From Chlamydiia bacterium (lineage in GTDB: Bacteria; Chlamydiota; Chlamydiia; Chlamydiales; JBMOFD01), in NCBI GenBank assembly GCA_049314435.1, contig JBMOFD010000049.1:1-14472 (forward strand): DNA of 14,472 nt, in the 5' to 3' direction. Shown here piece after piece: positions 1-8,416 of the stretch. Every line of letters begins with the position of its first letter. Positions within the stretch are counted from its first letter, which is position 1. The notes beneath the pieces were generated by a model that saw nothing but the letters and a program-made list of their open reading frames with translations, ran no database searches and was not told where the DNA came from. The translations under genes and the position numbers were made by a program.

Positions 1-68
1 GCCCCGCACCCATAACGCAGGGCTCCGCCCCGCACCCCGCTGGGAGACTACCGTCCCCCAGGCCCCCT
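1..68. repeat. GC-rich REP-like extragenic element, probably truncated by the window start
   Basis: 11-bp direct repeat GCCCCGCACCC at 1-11 and 27-37. Hairpin CTGGGAGAC-TACC-GTCCCCCAG at 40-61 has one A/C mismatch, which is a G-U pair on the minus strand. Confidence 0.45.
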
Positions 69-132
69 ATAGAGATAGCTGATTAGAAGTTCTGCTGATC
101 CGAGCCGAACGTCCAGCAAAGCCCAAGTCATC

Positions 133-175
133 TTGACCTGCAGTGCCAGGGGCCGCTAAAGTCGCCGTCGGAGGT
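133..175 (+). promoter_or_regulatory. Candidate sigma70/sigma66 promoter and RBS of the first ORF
   Basis: TTGACC (133-138), 18-nt spacer, TAAAGT (157-162); GGAGGT at 170-175, 4 nt before ATG 180. Confidence 0.4.
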
Positions 176-179
176 GACC

Positions 180-692
180 ATGGTTCGACGTGCGACTGGG
201 TGGGGCTTTTGCCTGATGGGCTTATCTGCAGGAGCGGCGCTCTTGGGCAATGATGTGGATACCGATCGGCCCTGTTCTCCCGAGCCAGACTATCCTAGCT
301 TCTTGACACTGCCCGCGGCGCCTGCCATTGGACCAGAAGTTCCTGTTGCAGATGCGGACGGGGTAGGCACACGTTGGAACGACCTCATTCGTACCGCCTT
401 GAGGCCCGCTCCGAAGGACTTCAGCTGGTATCGGGAATATGGTGTGTGGGTATGCCGATTCAAGGGTAAGGACCAGCTCCGCTGGTACACCTTCCCCCCA
501 TCTGCCAATGCGAGTCACATCGTAGGGACGATCGCCTACGGACGACTCCTCGTGGCTCCGATCACCGATCTGATGAAACAGGGTATGCAGCCAGAAGATG
601 TGCGCTGCTTCGAGATCGTTCAACTGGAAGGCCTTGAGAAGAACAATCCCGTGCGGATCATCGACCCAGAAGAACCTCAGGGGAAGAGCTAG
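180..692 (+). CDS. Hypothetical exported protein (170 aa) with a signal-peptide-like N-terminus
   Basis: Strong RBS GGAGGT before ATG 180 (the ORF track starts at GTG 174). Basic then hydrophobic N-terminus (MVRRATGWGFCLMGLSAGAALLG), Pro-rich linker, then an aromatic-rich globular-looking C-half. No family recognised. Confidence 0.6.
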   Translation: MVRRATGWGFCLMGLSAGAALLGNDVDTDRPCSPEPDYPSFLTLPAAPAIGPEVPVADADGVGTRWNDLIRTALRPAPKDFSWYREYGVWVCRFKGKDQLRWYTFPPSANASHIVGTIAYGRLLVAPITDLMKQGMQPEDVRCFEIVQLEGLEKNNPVRIIDPEEPQGKS

Positions 693-714
693 GGTGGCTG
701 AGCCTTGGTGCGAC

Positions 715-734
715 CTCACTAAAGTGAGTTTTTT
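715..734 (+). terminator. Weak intrinsic terminator after the first ORF
   Basis: CTCAC-TAAA-GTGAG stem-loop (715-728) followed by T6 (729-734), 22 nt after the stop. Confidence 0.4.
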
Positions 735-816
735 AGTGACGACACAGAAAGTGATCCACCCTGCTAGGAAATGGGGATGCAGGAGCCGACCCTGATCGTT
801 GTTGGCCCCGTAATTT

Positions 817-857
817 TGCAAGAAACTGTCACAAAATGACAGTTTCTTGCATATAAT
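817..857 (+). promoter_or_regulatory. Operator 1 (perfect 15-bp inverted repeat) and -10 box of the abiE operon
   Basis: TGCAAGAAACTGTCA (817-831), CAAAA, TGACAGTTTCTTGCA (837-851), immediately followed by TATAAT (852-857). AbiEi antitoxins are known to autorepress through promoter inverted repeats. Confidence 0.75.
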
Positions 858-883
858 GAATGCCCTCGGCTAGGATCAAGTTA

Positions 884-908
884 GAAGTTGTCATATTTTG
901 ACATCTTC
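884..908 (+). promoter_or_regulatory. Operator 2 of the abiE operon
   Basis: GAAGTTGTCA-TATTT-TGACATCTTC, a 9/10 inverted repeat with the same TGTCA-N5-TGACA core as operator 1, 14 nt before the start codon. Confidence 0.65.
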
Positions 909-922
909 ATGCAGGGCTCCTC

Positions 923-1555
923 ATGAACAAGCACCTTCTCAACGCCCTGCTGGCCTGGCCCAGGCCATATATTTCCGGGGTGGCTCTGCACTCTATTCTA
1001 GACAGGTCCGCTGGTTCTCGACAGGCGGTCCTCAAGAGAGCGATCCAAGAGGGGTACTTGGTTCCCATCCGAAGAGATTTGCATCTGATCCAAAATCTAG
1101 GGAAGCCTCTGATCGATACATTCGAAATTGCTCCTATCGTGTATGGGCCATCCTACGTCAGCTTTGAGTCGGCTTTGAGCTATCACGGATGGATTCCGGA
1201 GGCTGTCGTTACAACGACCTCCGCTTCTGTGAAGAGGAGCAAAGACTTTGACACTCCGATTGGCGTGTTCTCTTATGAACATATCCCAATAGAGTCCTTT
1301 TCACTGGCTGTGGAGCAGCACTCACGAGAGAGATGCACACTATTCATTGCATCTCCAGCCAAAGCGTTAGCCGACATGATCTATACCAGAAAGCGGACCT
1401 GGGCCAGTCTGGATGACGTGTGTCAGGACCTTCGCATAGATCCTGAGTGCTTTGATGATGCAACCACTCAAACTCTGACGTTCCTGCAAGAAAATCATCC
1501 AACGGCCCGAGTGAGAAAATCACTCAGCTACATCACGACCCCGACACAATCATGA
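923..1555 (+). CDS. abiEi: Type IV toxin-antitoxin antitoxin, AbiEi family
   Basis: N-terminal wHTH-like segment (LKRAIQEGYLVPIRRDL), then PSYVSFESALSYHGWIPE and ASPAKALADMIY motifs typical of AbiEi. ATGA overlap with the toxin gene at 1552-1555. Confidence 0.85.
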   Translation: MNKHLLNALLAWPRPYISGVALHSILDRSAGSRQAVLKRAIQEGYLVPIRRDLHLIQNLGKPLIDTFEIAPIVYGPSYVSFESALSYHGWIPEAVVTTTSASVKRSKDFDTPIGVFSYEHIPIESFSLAVEQHSRERCTLFIASPAKALADMIYTRKRTWASLDDVCQDLRIDPECFDDATTQTLTFLQENHPTARVRKSLSYITTPTQS

Positions 1556-2406
1556 CAGCGACGATCATCCAAGACCGGTTAAGGAACTATTCGGCGAGCT
1601 CAAAAGCAGACGAGTTCAACGCCCTAAAGGAGATTTACCAGGAGATTGCGTTGTCGGGTCTCGCTCGGACTGACTTCTTCAAATCTGCCGCGTTTCAGGG
1701 TGGTACCGCCTTGCGTATTTGCCATCAATTGAGGCGCTTCTCGGAGGACCTTGATTTCGTATTGCTCGCACCGTGCGAGTCCTTTTCGTGGCTGCATTTC
1801 TTGCAGGCTATCGAATCGGAATTCAACTCCTTCGGGGTAGCCCTACAAACGAAGGAGCGAGCCGAGGCAAAGGGCGCCGTCAAGTCGGCCATATTGAAGC
1901 ATGATTCCTTTGTGCGGATCCTCGAGTTGAAATATGACCGACTACCATCGGACGAGCAGAAGATCTCAATCAAGCTAGAGATCGATACCAATCCTCCCGA
2001 GGGGTCTAGTTTTGAAACGACTTACCTAGTCTATCCATATCCATTTTCCATTCTAGTCCAGGACCTGCCAAGTCTATTTGCAAGTAAGTGTCATGCTCTT
2101 CTGTGTAGAAAGTATGAAAAGGGGAGGGATTGGTTTGATTTCTTGTGGTATATCTCAAAGGGCGTTCCTGTAAACTATTCATTGCTTAGGAGCGCTCTCC
2201 AACAGGCCGGACCCTATCAGGGAATGAATATCTCTCTGGAGAAGGAGTGGTTCCTTGGGGAGTTGGAGAGAAGAATTACCGTAGCGGATTGGAAGGCTGC
2301 GCGGCGCGATGTGGAGAATTTCTTGCGCTCGGAAGATCGGAGGTTTGTTGAAAACTGGAACAGTGAAGTGTTTAAACAGCAGTTGGAGAGACTAAACATC
2401 CTATAG
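1552..2406 (+). CDS. abiEii: Type IV TA toxin, AbiEii/AbiGii-family nucleotidyltransferase
   Basis: Hallmark FQGGTALR...RFSEDLDF motif, IKLEID strand, and C-terminal ASKCHALL.R...KGRDWFD. Translationally coupled to the antitoxin. Confidence 0.9.
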   Translation: MTATIIQDRLRNYSASSKADEFNALKEIYQEIALSGLARTDFFKSAAFQGGTALRICHQLRRFSEDLDFVLLAPCESFSWLHFLQAIESEFNSFGVALQTKERAEAKGAVKSAILKHDSFVRILELKYDRLPSDEQKISIKLEIDTNPPEGSSFETTYLVYPYPFSILVQDLPSLFASKCHALLCRKYEKGRDWFDFLWYISKGVPVNYSLLRSALQQAGPYQGMNISLEKEWFLGELERRITVADWKAARRDVENFLRSEDRRFVENWNSEVFKQQLERLNIL

Positions 2407-2447
2407 GCCTTCTTAGAAGTCGACCTCGAAGAGTCGCATGGGAAGCG

Positions 2448-3806
2448 CTAGGCCAATGGGCGATCCTCCGGAGGCTTCTGGGAGGGGATTGTGGCGGAGA
2501 GCCGTCGTAACTGGCTGAGTAAATAGGCCGGTAGCTTCAGAACTTGGCGATCCCACGCAAGTGGTTCCTCCGACACCTTGACTCCAAAGGGAGAGGATTT
2601 TTGCTCCATGAACTGCCTCAAGGAGCGCATGCCCCCCGTTGTGCCAGCCTTGACCTCAATGGGAATAATGGAGGAACCAAGCTGTACGACATAGTCTACC
2701 TCAGCGGCTGAGCCTTTCTTCTCCTGGCACCAGAAAAATAGCTCTGAAGCCCGTCTTGGATCGGCATAGGCCAGGAGCTCTTGACCAACCAGTTGCTCTG
2801 CCAACGCCCCTCGATGTGCTAATAGGCCGTTTTCAAGCAATAGAGGTTCCGATAGACCCATGGCGGCCTGAAGAAGGCCTATATCTAGCAAGACAAGCTT
2901 AAACTTCTTCTCATTGATGCCCACACTGAGCGGAATACCGCTCGCGTTTGTGGTATATACCTGAGACAACAAGCCCGCTTGAGAGAGTAGCCTGATGGCT
3001 ATCTTGTATTCCCTGGCAGGGTTAGGAGCCTCGGGATCGATCTTACTATAGCGTACGTGCTGCCCGACAAACCCTGGTGCCACGGAGAGGAGTCTCTGCA
3101 GATGGGCGGCCTGAGCTGCCGATGCATATTTCCCGAAGTCATTGCGGTAGGTCAGAAGTAAATCATGATGCTTCTGCTGAGTCTGCAAGATCGACCCGGT
3201 TTCTATGAAGACCTCCACCGCAGCCGGCATGCCGCCTACCAGGATATAGAGGCGCAGCTCCTCCAAAAGACGCTGATGCATAATGGGAGGGGTTTTGTCA
3301 GCGAGTGAGCATCCCTCGACACGTTCCCTTAGCATCGTTTCTCCTCTAACGGACAGAAACTCCATTAAAGAGAGCGGACGCATGGTGAGGAACTGCACCC
3401 GACCAACAGGAAAGGAGAGATTGTCGTTGAGAACAAACTCTAGCAAGGAACCGGCAGCGATCACATGCAGCCCAGGCATCTCCTCTTTGAAGTACCGAAG
3501 AGCTACGAGCGCCTCAGGGCACTCCTGAATTTCATCGAGGAATAGTAGCGTCTTCCCAGGGACGATCGGCTTGCGCACCACCAGCTCTAGCTCACGGAGA
3601 ATCTCCTGGGGATCACGCACGGCAAAGCACTGGCAGGCGGCAGGGTGGCGCTCAAAGTTGACAATCGCGGTGTGTTCGAAGCACCGCTCTCCAAAGGCCT
3701 GGATGGAATAGCTTTTGCCAACCTGCCGGGCGCCGCGCACGACAAGGGGGGAACGATGAGGGCTGGTACGCCATTCGTCCAAAAAGCGGTCGATATCCCT
3801 CAGCAT
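2448..3806 (-). CDS. AAA_14/DUF4143 ATP-binding protein with a C-terminal PD-(D/E)xK-like motif
   Basis: Walker A GARQVGKS, Walker B LFLDEIQ, IAAGSLL, VGRV, GGMP, DIGLL, and C-terminal EVDYV...IPIEVK. ATG 3806 follows AAAGGTGG; the alternative start is GTG 3812. Confidence 0.88.
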   Translation of the reverse strand: MLRDIDRFLDEWRTSPHRSPLVVRGARQVGKSYSIQAFGERCFEHTAIVNFERHPAACQCFAVRDPQEILRELELVVRKPIVPGKTLLFLDEIQECPEALVALRYFKEEMPGLHVIAAGSLLEFVLNDNLSFPVGRVQFLTMRPLSLMEFLSVRGETMLRERVEGCSLADKTPPIMHQRLLEELRLYILVGGMPAAVEVFIETGSILQTQQKHHDLLLTYRNDFGKYASAAQAAHLQRLLSVAPGFVGQHVRYSKIDPEAPNPAREYKIAIRLLSQAGLLSQVYTTNASGIPLSVGINEKKFKLVLLDIGLLQAAMGLSEPLLLENGLLAHRGALAEQLVGQELLAYADPRRASELFFWCQEKKGSAAEVDYVVQLGSSIIPIEVKAGTTGGMRSLRQFMEQKSSPFGVKVSEEPLAWDRQVLKLPAYLLSQLRRLSATIPSQKPPEDRPLA

Positions 3807-3818
3807 GTCCACCTTTCG

Positions 3819-3865
3819 TACATAGGCTGTATATATTATGTGGTATTTCTATACAGAGTTTGTAT
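3819..3865 (-). promoter_or_regulatory. Two TACA-N5-TGTA palindromes upstream of the ATPase
   Basis: TACA-TAGGC-TGTA (3819-3831) and ATACA-GAGTT-TGTAT (3851-3865), centres 33 bp apart, in an AT-rich promoter region. Confidence 0.4.
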
Positions 3866-3961
3866 GAAAACAGACTTAAGAAGCAAATTTGGCCGAAAAG
3901 GCTGACCCTCTGTCGGGTCGGTTTAAAAATATTTACATGGCTATGTGTTCAGAATGAACAA

Positions 3962-3998
3962 GCCGAAGGTAGGCGTTCGAAGAAGCCTTACCTTCGGC
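3962..3998 (-). terminator. Long hairpin downstream of recD2, probable terminator
   Basis: GCCGAAGGTAGGC (3962-3974) pairs with GCCTTACCTTCGGC (3985-3998) with a 1-nt bulge. It lies 36 nt after the recD2 stop and is followed by TTGTTC on the minus strand. Confidence 0.55.
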
Positions 3999-4034
3999 AA
4001 GGTTAGCCTGGACCGGCAGAGAACAGGAGATTTT

Positions 4035-6242
4035 CTAGACGAGATCCTCAACCACTGAAGGCGCAGCCTGAGCAGGCGCTCTTTTCCCCTCAAGGGCGTG
4101 CTTGAGTCCGGTGGAGCGCTTCTGAGCCTCATTTTGGGCCACGGCGATATGGATGGCCTTGGCGGTCCCCACAATCGCCACGCAGCTCTTCCCACGGGTT
4201 ACCCCGGTATACAGGAGATTCCTCTGCAGCATCTTATAGTGGGTGGTGTGGACAGGCATGATGACGCAGGGCGTTTCCGATCCCTGGTACTTGTGCACCG
4301 AGACGGCATAGGCCAGAACCAGTTCGTCGAGCTCGGCGAAGTCATACTCCACAGAGCGCTCATCAAACAGCACGACGAGCATCTGCTCCAGCAGGTCGAT
4401 CTCTTGAATCCGACCTACGTCCCCGTTGAAGACCAACTTGTCGTAGTTATTGCGGATCTGCATCACCTTGTCCCCAGGCAGGAAATGCCGTCCCATACGG
4501 GTGAGAGGCTCCTCCTTAGATGGATTGAGGAGAGCTTGGAGCACATGGTTGAGGTTCTCTGTGCCGACGATGCCCTTCTTCATAGGAGCCAGCACCTGGA
4601 TATCCTGGATTGGATCCAAGGACCTCGCTTGGGGCAGCTCTTGGCTGATGAGGGCTTTGATCTTCTCCAGCACTGCTTCTGGAGATTCTGCCGGATAGAA
4701 GAGGAAGTCACTGCGAGGGTCCCAACCGAGGTCGGGCATTTCGCCACGGTTGATGGCGTGCGCATTCACGATGATCCTCGAACCAGCTGCTTGCCGGAAG
4801 ATCTCCTTCAAACTCGATACAGGGACCAATCCCGATTGGATCACATCGGAGAGCACAGTTCCCGGTCCTACGGAGGGGAGCTGATCGACGTCGCCTACTA
4901 GAACCAGACGCGCATTGCTGGGTACCGCTCGTAGAAGGCTATACATGAGTTGCGTGTCGATCATGCTCGCTTCATCGACAACGAGGAGATCACATTCGAG
5001 GGGGTTGTCACGGCCTCGTTTGAACCCGCCATGCACAAAGTCCATCTCAAGAAGAGAGTGGATCGTGGAGGCTTTGTATCCGGTGATCTCACTGAGTCGT
5101 TTGGCAGCGCGTCCTGTGGGCGCGGCTAAGAGGATGCGATCGGTGAGCTTCGCTGTGATGGCGAGGATCGCGCTGGTGATGGTGCTCTTCCCCGTACCTG
5201 GTCCGCCTGTGATCACCATCATTTTATCTCGACAACCAGAGGTCACCGCTTCCGCCTGTCCTTTGGCAAGCTCTAGCTTGAGAAGGTCCTGTACCCATGT
5301 AAGAGCCTTCTCCAGGTCGATTTTACGGAGCTTACAGGGAGCTTGAAGGAGGCGATCCACTTCACGCATGATGCCCTGTTCACAGGACCAGTGGAGTCGT
5401 GACCAGGCATGCTCGACACCTTCTAGGGTGGAGAGAACCACACGCTCAGAGGAGCGGAGCACTTCAAGCTCCTGAAAGAGCGCATTCTGTGGGACATCGA
5501 GGAGCTGTTCGGCATGAGCCACCAGTTCATCTTTGGGCAGGCAGGTATGGCCCTCTGAAGCAAGGTCGTCGAGGGCATATTCTAGCCCAGCGCGAAGGCG
5601 TTCAGCAGAGCCCTTGTGGACGCCGAGCTTCTCGGCAATCTGATCCGCAATACGAAAACCGATGCCATGTACATCGCGAGCCAGACGATAGGGGTTGCTG
5701 GTGACCTTCTCGATGCACTGCTCTCCATACTGTCGGTAGATCTTCTGTGCATAACCAGGGCTCACGCCATGGCCCTGCAAAAAAACCATCACCTCTCGGA
5801 CTGCTCTTTGCTCCTTCCAGCCTTCCTGGATCTGATCGAGCTTCTTGGCGCCTATGCCCTCGATCTCTAGAAGACGGGCGGGCTCACGATCCATCACATC
5901 GAGAGTCTTTTCGCCAAAAGCCTTTACAATGCGCTCTGCGAGCCGTTTGCCGATGCCTCGGATCATCCCTGACTCGAGGAAGCGATGGATCCCCAGCTTA
6001 TCCGTGGGGAGGGAAGCGTAGTATTCCACGACCTGGAACTGTAGGCCATAGGCGGGATGGTGACGGAAGGTGCCTTTGCATCGGACCGACTCGCCTGGAG
6101 AGAGCTCAGGCATGGTGCCCACGATGCAGAGAGGCTCCTCTACTTTCGGCTGTTTGAGCCACGCGACCGTGAAACCCGTATCAGCGCCGCGGAAGGTGAT
6201 CCGGTCGATGATGCCAAAGAGCTCTTCGTGAGACACAGACAT
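4035..6242 (-). CDS. recD2: ATP-dependent RecD-like (RecD2) SF1B DNA helicase
   Basis: 735 aa. N-terminal OB-like domain (HPAYGLQF), HhH repeats (IRGIGKRLA, IEGIGAKK, VHGIGFRIAD), Walker A GGPGTGKS, LAAPTGRAAKRL, VVDEASM, GDVDQLPSVGPG, IFRQ, HKYQGSE, LLYTGVTRGK. Confidence 0.95.
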   Translation of the reverse strand: MSVSHEELFGIIDRITFRGADTGFTVAWLKQPKVEEPLCIVGTMPELSPGESVRCKGTFRHHPAYGLQFQVVEYYASLPTDKLGIHRFLESGMIRGIGKRLAERIVKAFGEKTLDVMDREPARLLEIEGIGAKKLDQIQEGWKEQRAVREVMVFLQGHGVSPGYAQKIYRQYGEQCIEKVTSNPYRLARDVHGIGFRIADQIAEKLGVHKGSAERLRAGLEYALDDLASEGHTCLPKDELVAHAEQLLDVPQNALFQELEVLRSSERVVLSTLEGVEHAWSRLHWSCEQGIMREVDRLLQAPCKLRKIDLEKALTWVQDLLKLELAKGQAEAVTSGCRDKMMVITGGPGTGKSTITSAILAITAKLTDRILLAAPTGRAAKRLSEITGYKASTIHSLLEMDFVHGGFKRGRDNPLECDLLVVDEASMIDTQLMYSLLRAVPSNARLVLVGDVDQLPSVGPGTVLSDVIQSGLVPVSSLKEIFRQAAGSRIIVNAHAINRGEMPDLGWDPRSDFLFYPAESPEAVLEKIKALISQELPQARSLDPIQDIQVLAPMKKGIVGTENLNHVLQALLNPSKEEPLTRMGRHFLPGDKVMQIRNNYDKLVFNGDVGRIQEIDLLEQMLVVLFDERSVEYDFAELDELVLAYAVSVHKYQGSETPCVIMPVHTTHYKMLQRNLLYTGVTRGKSCVAIVGTAKAIHIAVAQNEAQKRSTGLKHALEGKRAPAQAAPSVVEDLV

Positions 6243-6422
6243 GGGATCTAGGCTGGGTTCAAGGTTGGTAGCGATCCAAACAATGGATAGCTACGGGAGG
6301 AGAGTGTACTGCGTGCATTGGGAAGTTGCACGCACAGACAGAAGGTGTCAGGCAAAAACAGAGAGGTCTCTATAGTCTCTTTCAACAGAATCAACTATCC
6401 TCTCCACTTCGGGAGTTTCTTT

Positions 6423-6920
6423 ATGACGATCGTACATTTGGCCGGGCACCTGGGCGCAGACCCAGAAGTGCGTATGACCCCTTCAGGACAGAAGGTCACC
6501 AGCCTTCGCGTTGCTGTCAACCAGCGAAAAGGGAAAGAAGATGTCACCGTATGGTGGCGCGTGACGATCTGGGGGGACCAGTTCGAGCGCATGATGCCCT
6601 ACCTGAAGAAGGGCTCTGGCATCATGGCGATCGGCGAAATGCAACCACCAGAAGTGTTTGCAGATCGCGATGGCAACCAGCGTATCAGCATGGAGTGCAC
6701 AGCTGTGCACTTGGCATTCAGCCCCTTCGGTCGTGCGGATAAGAAGGAAGGCGAGTCCACAGGTGTAGGCGCAGGCGCCAGTGTCGGTGGTGGTTACGGA
6801 GGCATGGTCGAGACGGGCGGTCCTCGTCAAGCTGCTCCAGCCTATGGTGGGCAATCAGCAGGCGTAGGTCCTCGAGCCCCTATGGCTGCGGGAACGCTGT
6901 CTGATACCACTCCTTTCTGA
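6423..6920 (+). CDS. ssb: Single-stranded DNA-binding protein, chlamydial type
   Basis: GHLGADPEVRMT...WWRVTIWG...MPYLKKGS OB fold, Gly-rich linker and C-terminal PF. RBS GGGAG at 6411-6415 supports ATG 6423 over TTG 6318. Confidence 0.95.
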   Translation: MTIVHLAGHLGADPEVRMTPSGQKVTSLRVAVNQRKGKEDVTVWWRVTIWGDQFERMMPYLKKGSGIMAIGEMQPPEVFADRDGNQRISMECTAVHLAFSPFGRADKKEGESTGVGAGASVGGGYGGMVETGGPRQAAPAYGGQSAGVGPRAPMAAGTLSDTTPF

Positions 6921-6931
6921 GGAGATCCTTC

Positions 6932-8407
6932 ATGCGCTATCAAGCTGCCTCGTCGCAGCAGAGGCCTTCGGCTCAGCTGCTCTGCATCCCCTTTGTACAA
7001 GGGGAGCAGGGCGCTCAGCCTGCGGGTGAGCTGCCTTCAGAGATCCTTCAAGGACTAGCTCCTCTGCTCGGAACCAAAGATTTTACAGGCAAATCGGGAC
7101 AAACAGCTCTCTGGTACCCTCAAGGGACTCCAGAACAGAGATGGCTGCTCCTAGGATTAGGTGAGTCCAAGAAGCTGCGTACCGATGCCATAAGGCGTGC
7201 CTACGCACAGGGCTGCCAACAAGCCCGCCAGCTGCGGGTGACCGAGATCTCCCTCTTCATGCCCAAGATAGAGGGGATGACGGAAGAGGAGCTACTTCGA
7301 GGTGTCGTCGAAGGGCTAGAGCTGAACAACTACCAATTCACGCTCTACAAAGCCTCTGAACAGACTCTGTTAGAGAAAGCTACTCTGCTAGGCGTCCAAG
7401 AGAAGGCCCTATCTAAGGCTCAGCACTGGGCTGAGGTCGTGGTAGGTGTTCGATTTGCCAGAGATCTGGTGAACACCAATGCCGATGAAGTGACGCCCAA
7501 CCATCTCGTTGAGCGCGCTCAAGCGCTGGTCAAGGAGTTCCCAGCCCTGCAGCTGACGCTCTTCGATGAGGAGCGTCTGCGAAAGGAGAAGATGGGGTGC
7601 ATTCTGGCTGTAGGTGGGGGTGCTCGTCACGCACCAGCTCTGATTCAGATCGAATATCGTGGGAGTCCAGATCCGGACGAGCACACCGTAGTGATTGGTA
7701 AGGGTGTGACCTTCGATACGGGAGGCTTGAATCTGAAGCCCACCGGTTCGATGGAGGACATGAAGTGCGACATGGCGGGAGCAGCAGCCTGCCTGGGGCT
7801 CATGCGAGTTCTAGGGACTCTGAAGCCTGCCTGTCATGTCACCGTGTTGATCCCCACAGCCGAGAATGCGATCGACTCAGAGTCGTACAAGCCCGGGGAT
7901 GTGATCCGGAGCTACGCTGGAAAGACGATCGAGATCACCAATACCGATGCTGAAGGACGTCTCCTGCTGGCGGATGCGTTAGCATATGCAGTGGCCAAGC
8001 TACATCCTTCCAGGATGGTGGACCTCGCTACGTTGACCGGAGGCGTGATCGTGGCTCTAGGCCATGACGTCACGGGTCTGATGTCCAATCGAGATGAGTT
8101 AGCTCAGGAGCTCTTCCATGCAGGAGAAGCTACGGGTGAACGCTGCTGGCAGCTCCCTCTTTATGAGGACTATCGCACGGCTATGCTCTCCGACATCGCC
8201 GATCTAAGGAACTCGGCCAAAGCAAGGTCCGCCTCCTCCATCACAGGGGGGATCTTCCTCAAAGAGTTCGTAGGCGATGTCCCCTGGGCTCACCTCGACA
8301 TCGCTGGAACGGCTTTTCTCTCCGATGGTGAGGGGAAGTCCTACGGCATCAAGCATGCGACGGGTGTCGGTGTACGCCTTCTAGCTCAGTGGCTTGAAGT
8401 CACCTAA
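6932..8407 (+). CDS. pepA: Leucyl aminopeptidase (M17)
   Basis: GKGVTFDTGGLNLKP, MKCDMAGAA, NTDAEGRL, DLATLTG and WAHLDIAG motifs. RBS GAGGAG overlaps the ssb stop. Confidence 0.96.
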   Translation: MRYQAASSQQRPSAQLLCIPFVQGEQGAQPAGELPSEILQGLAPLLGTKDFTGKSGQTALWYPQGTPEQRWLLLGLGESKKLRTDAIRRAYAQGCQQARQLRVTEISLFMPKIEGMTEEELLRGVVEGLELNNYQFTLYKASEQTLLEKATLLGVQEKALSKAQHWAEVVVGVRFARDLVNTNADEVTPNHLVERAQALVKEFPALQLTLFDEERLRKEKMGCILAVGGGARHAPALIQIEYRGSPDPDEHTVVIGKGVTFDTGGLNLKPTGSMEDMKCDMAGAAACLGLMRVLGTLKPACHVTVLIPTAENAIDSESYKPGDVIRSYAGKTIEITNTDAEGRLLLADALAYAVAKLHPSRMVDLATLTGGVIVALGHDVTGLMSNRDELAQELFHAGEATGERCWQLPLYEDYRTAMLSDIADLRNSAKARSASSITGGIFLKEFVGDVPWAHLDIAGTAFLSDGEGKSYGIKHATGVGVRLLAQWLEVT

Positions 8408-8416
8408 GGCGGGTGA

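Noticed and set aside
222..821. 199-aa minus-strand ORF
   Set aside because: It is antisense to the 180-692 gene, which has a promoter, RBS and terminator. It starts at TTG inside the abiE operator and has no recognisable motif.
4098..6251. Plus-strand ORFs of 267, 143, 136 aa and shorter inside recD2
   Set aside because: Antisense shadows of a well-conserved gene with no motifs of their own.
6318..6422. N-terminal extension of SSB from TTG 6318
   Set aside because: The OB fold begins at ATG 6423, which has an RBS.
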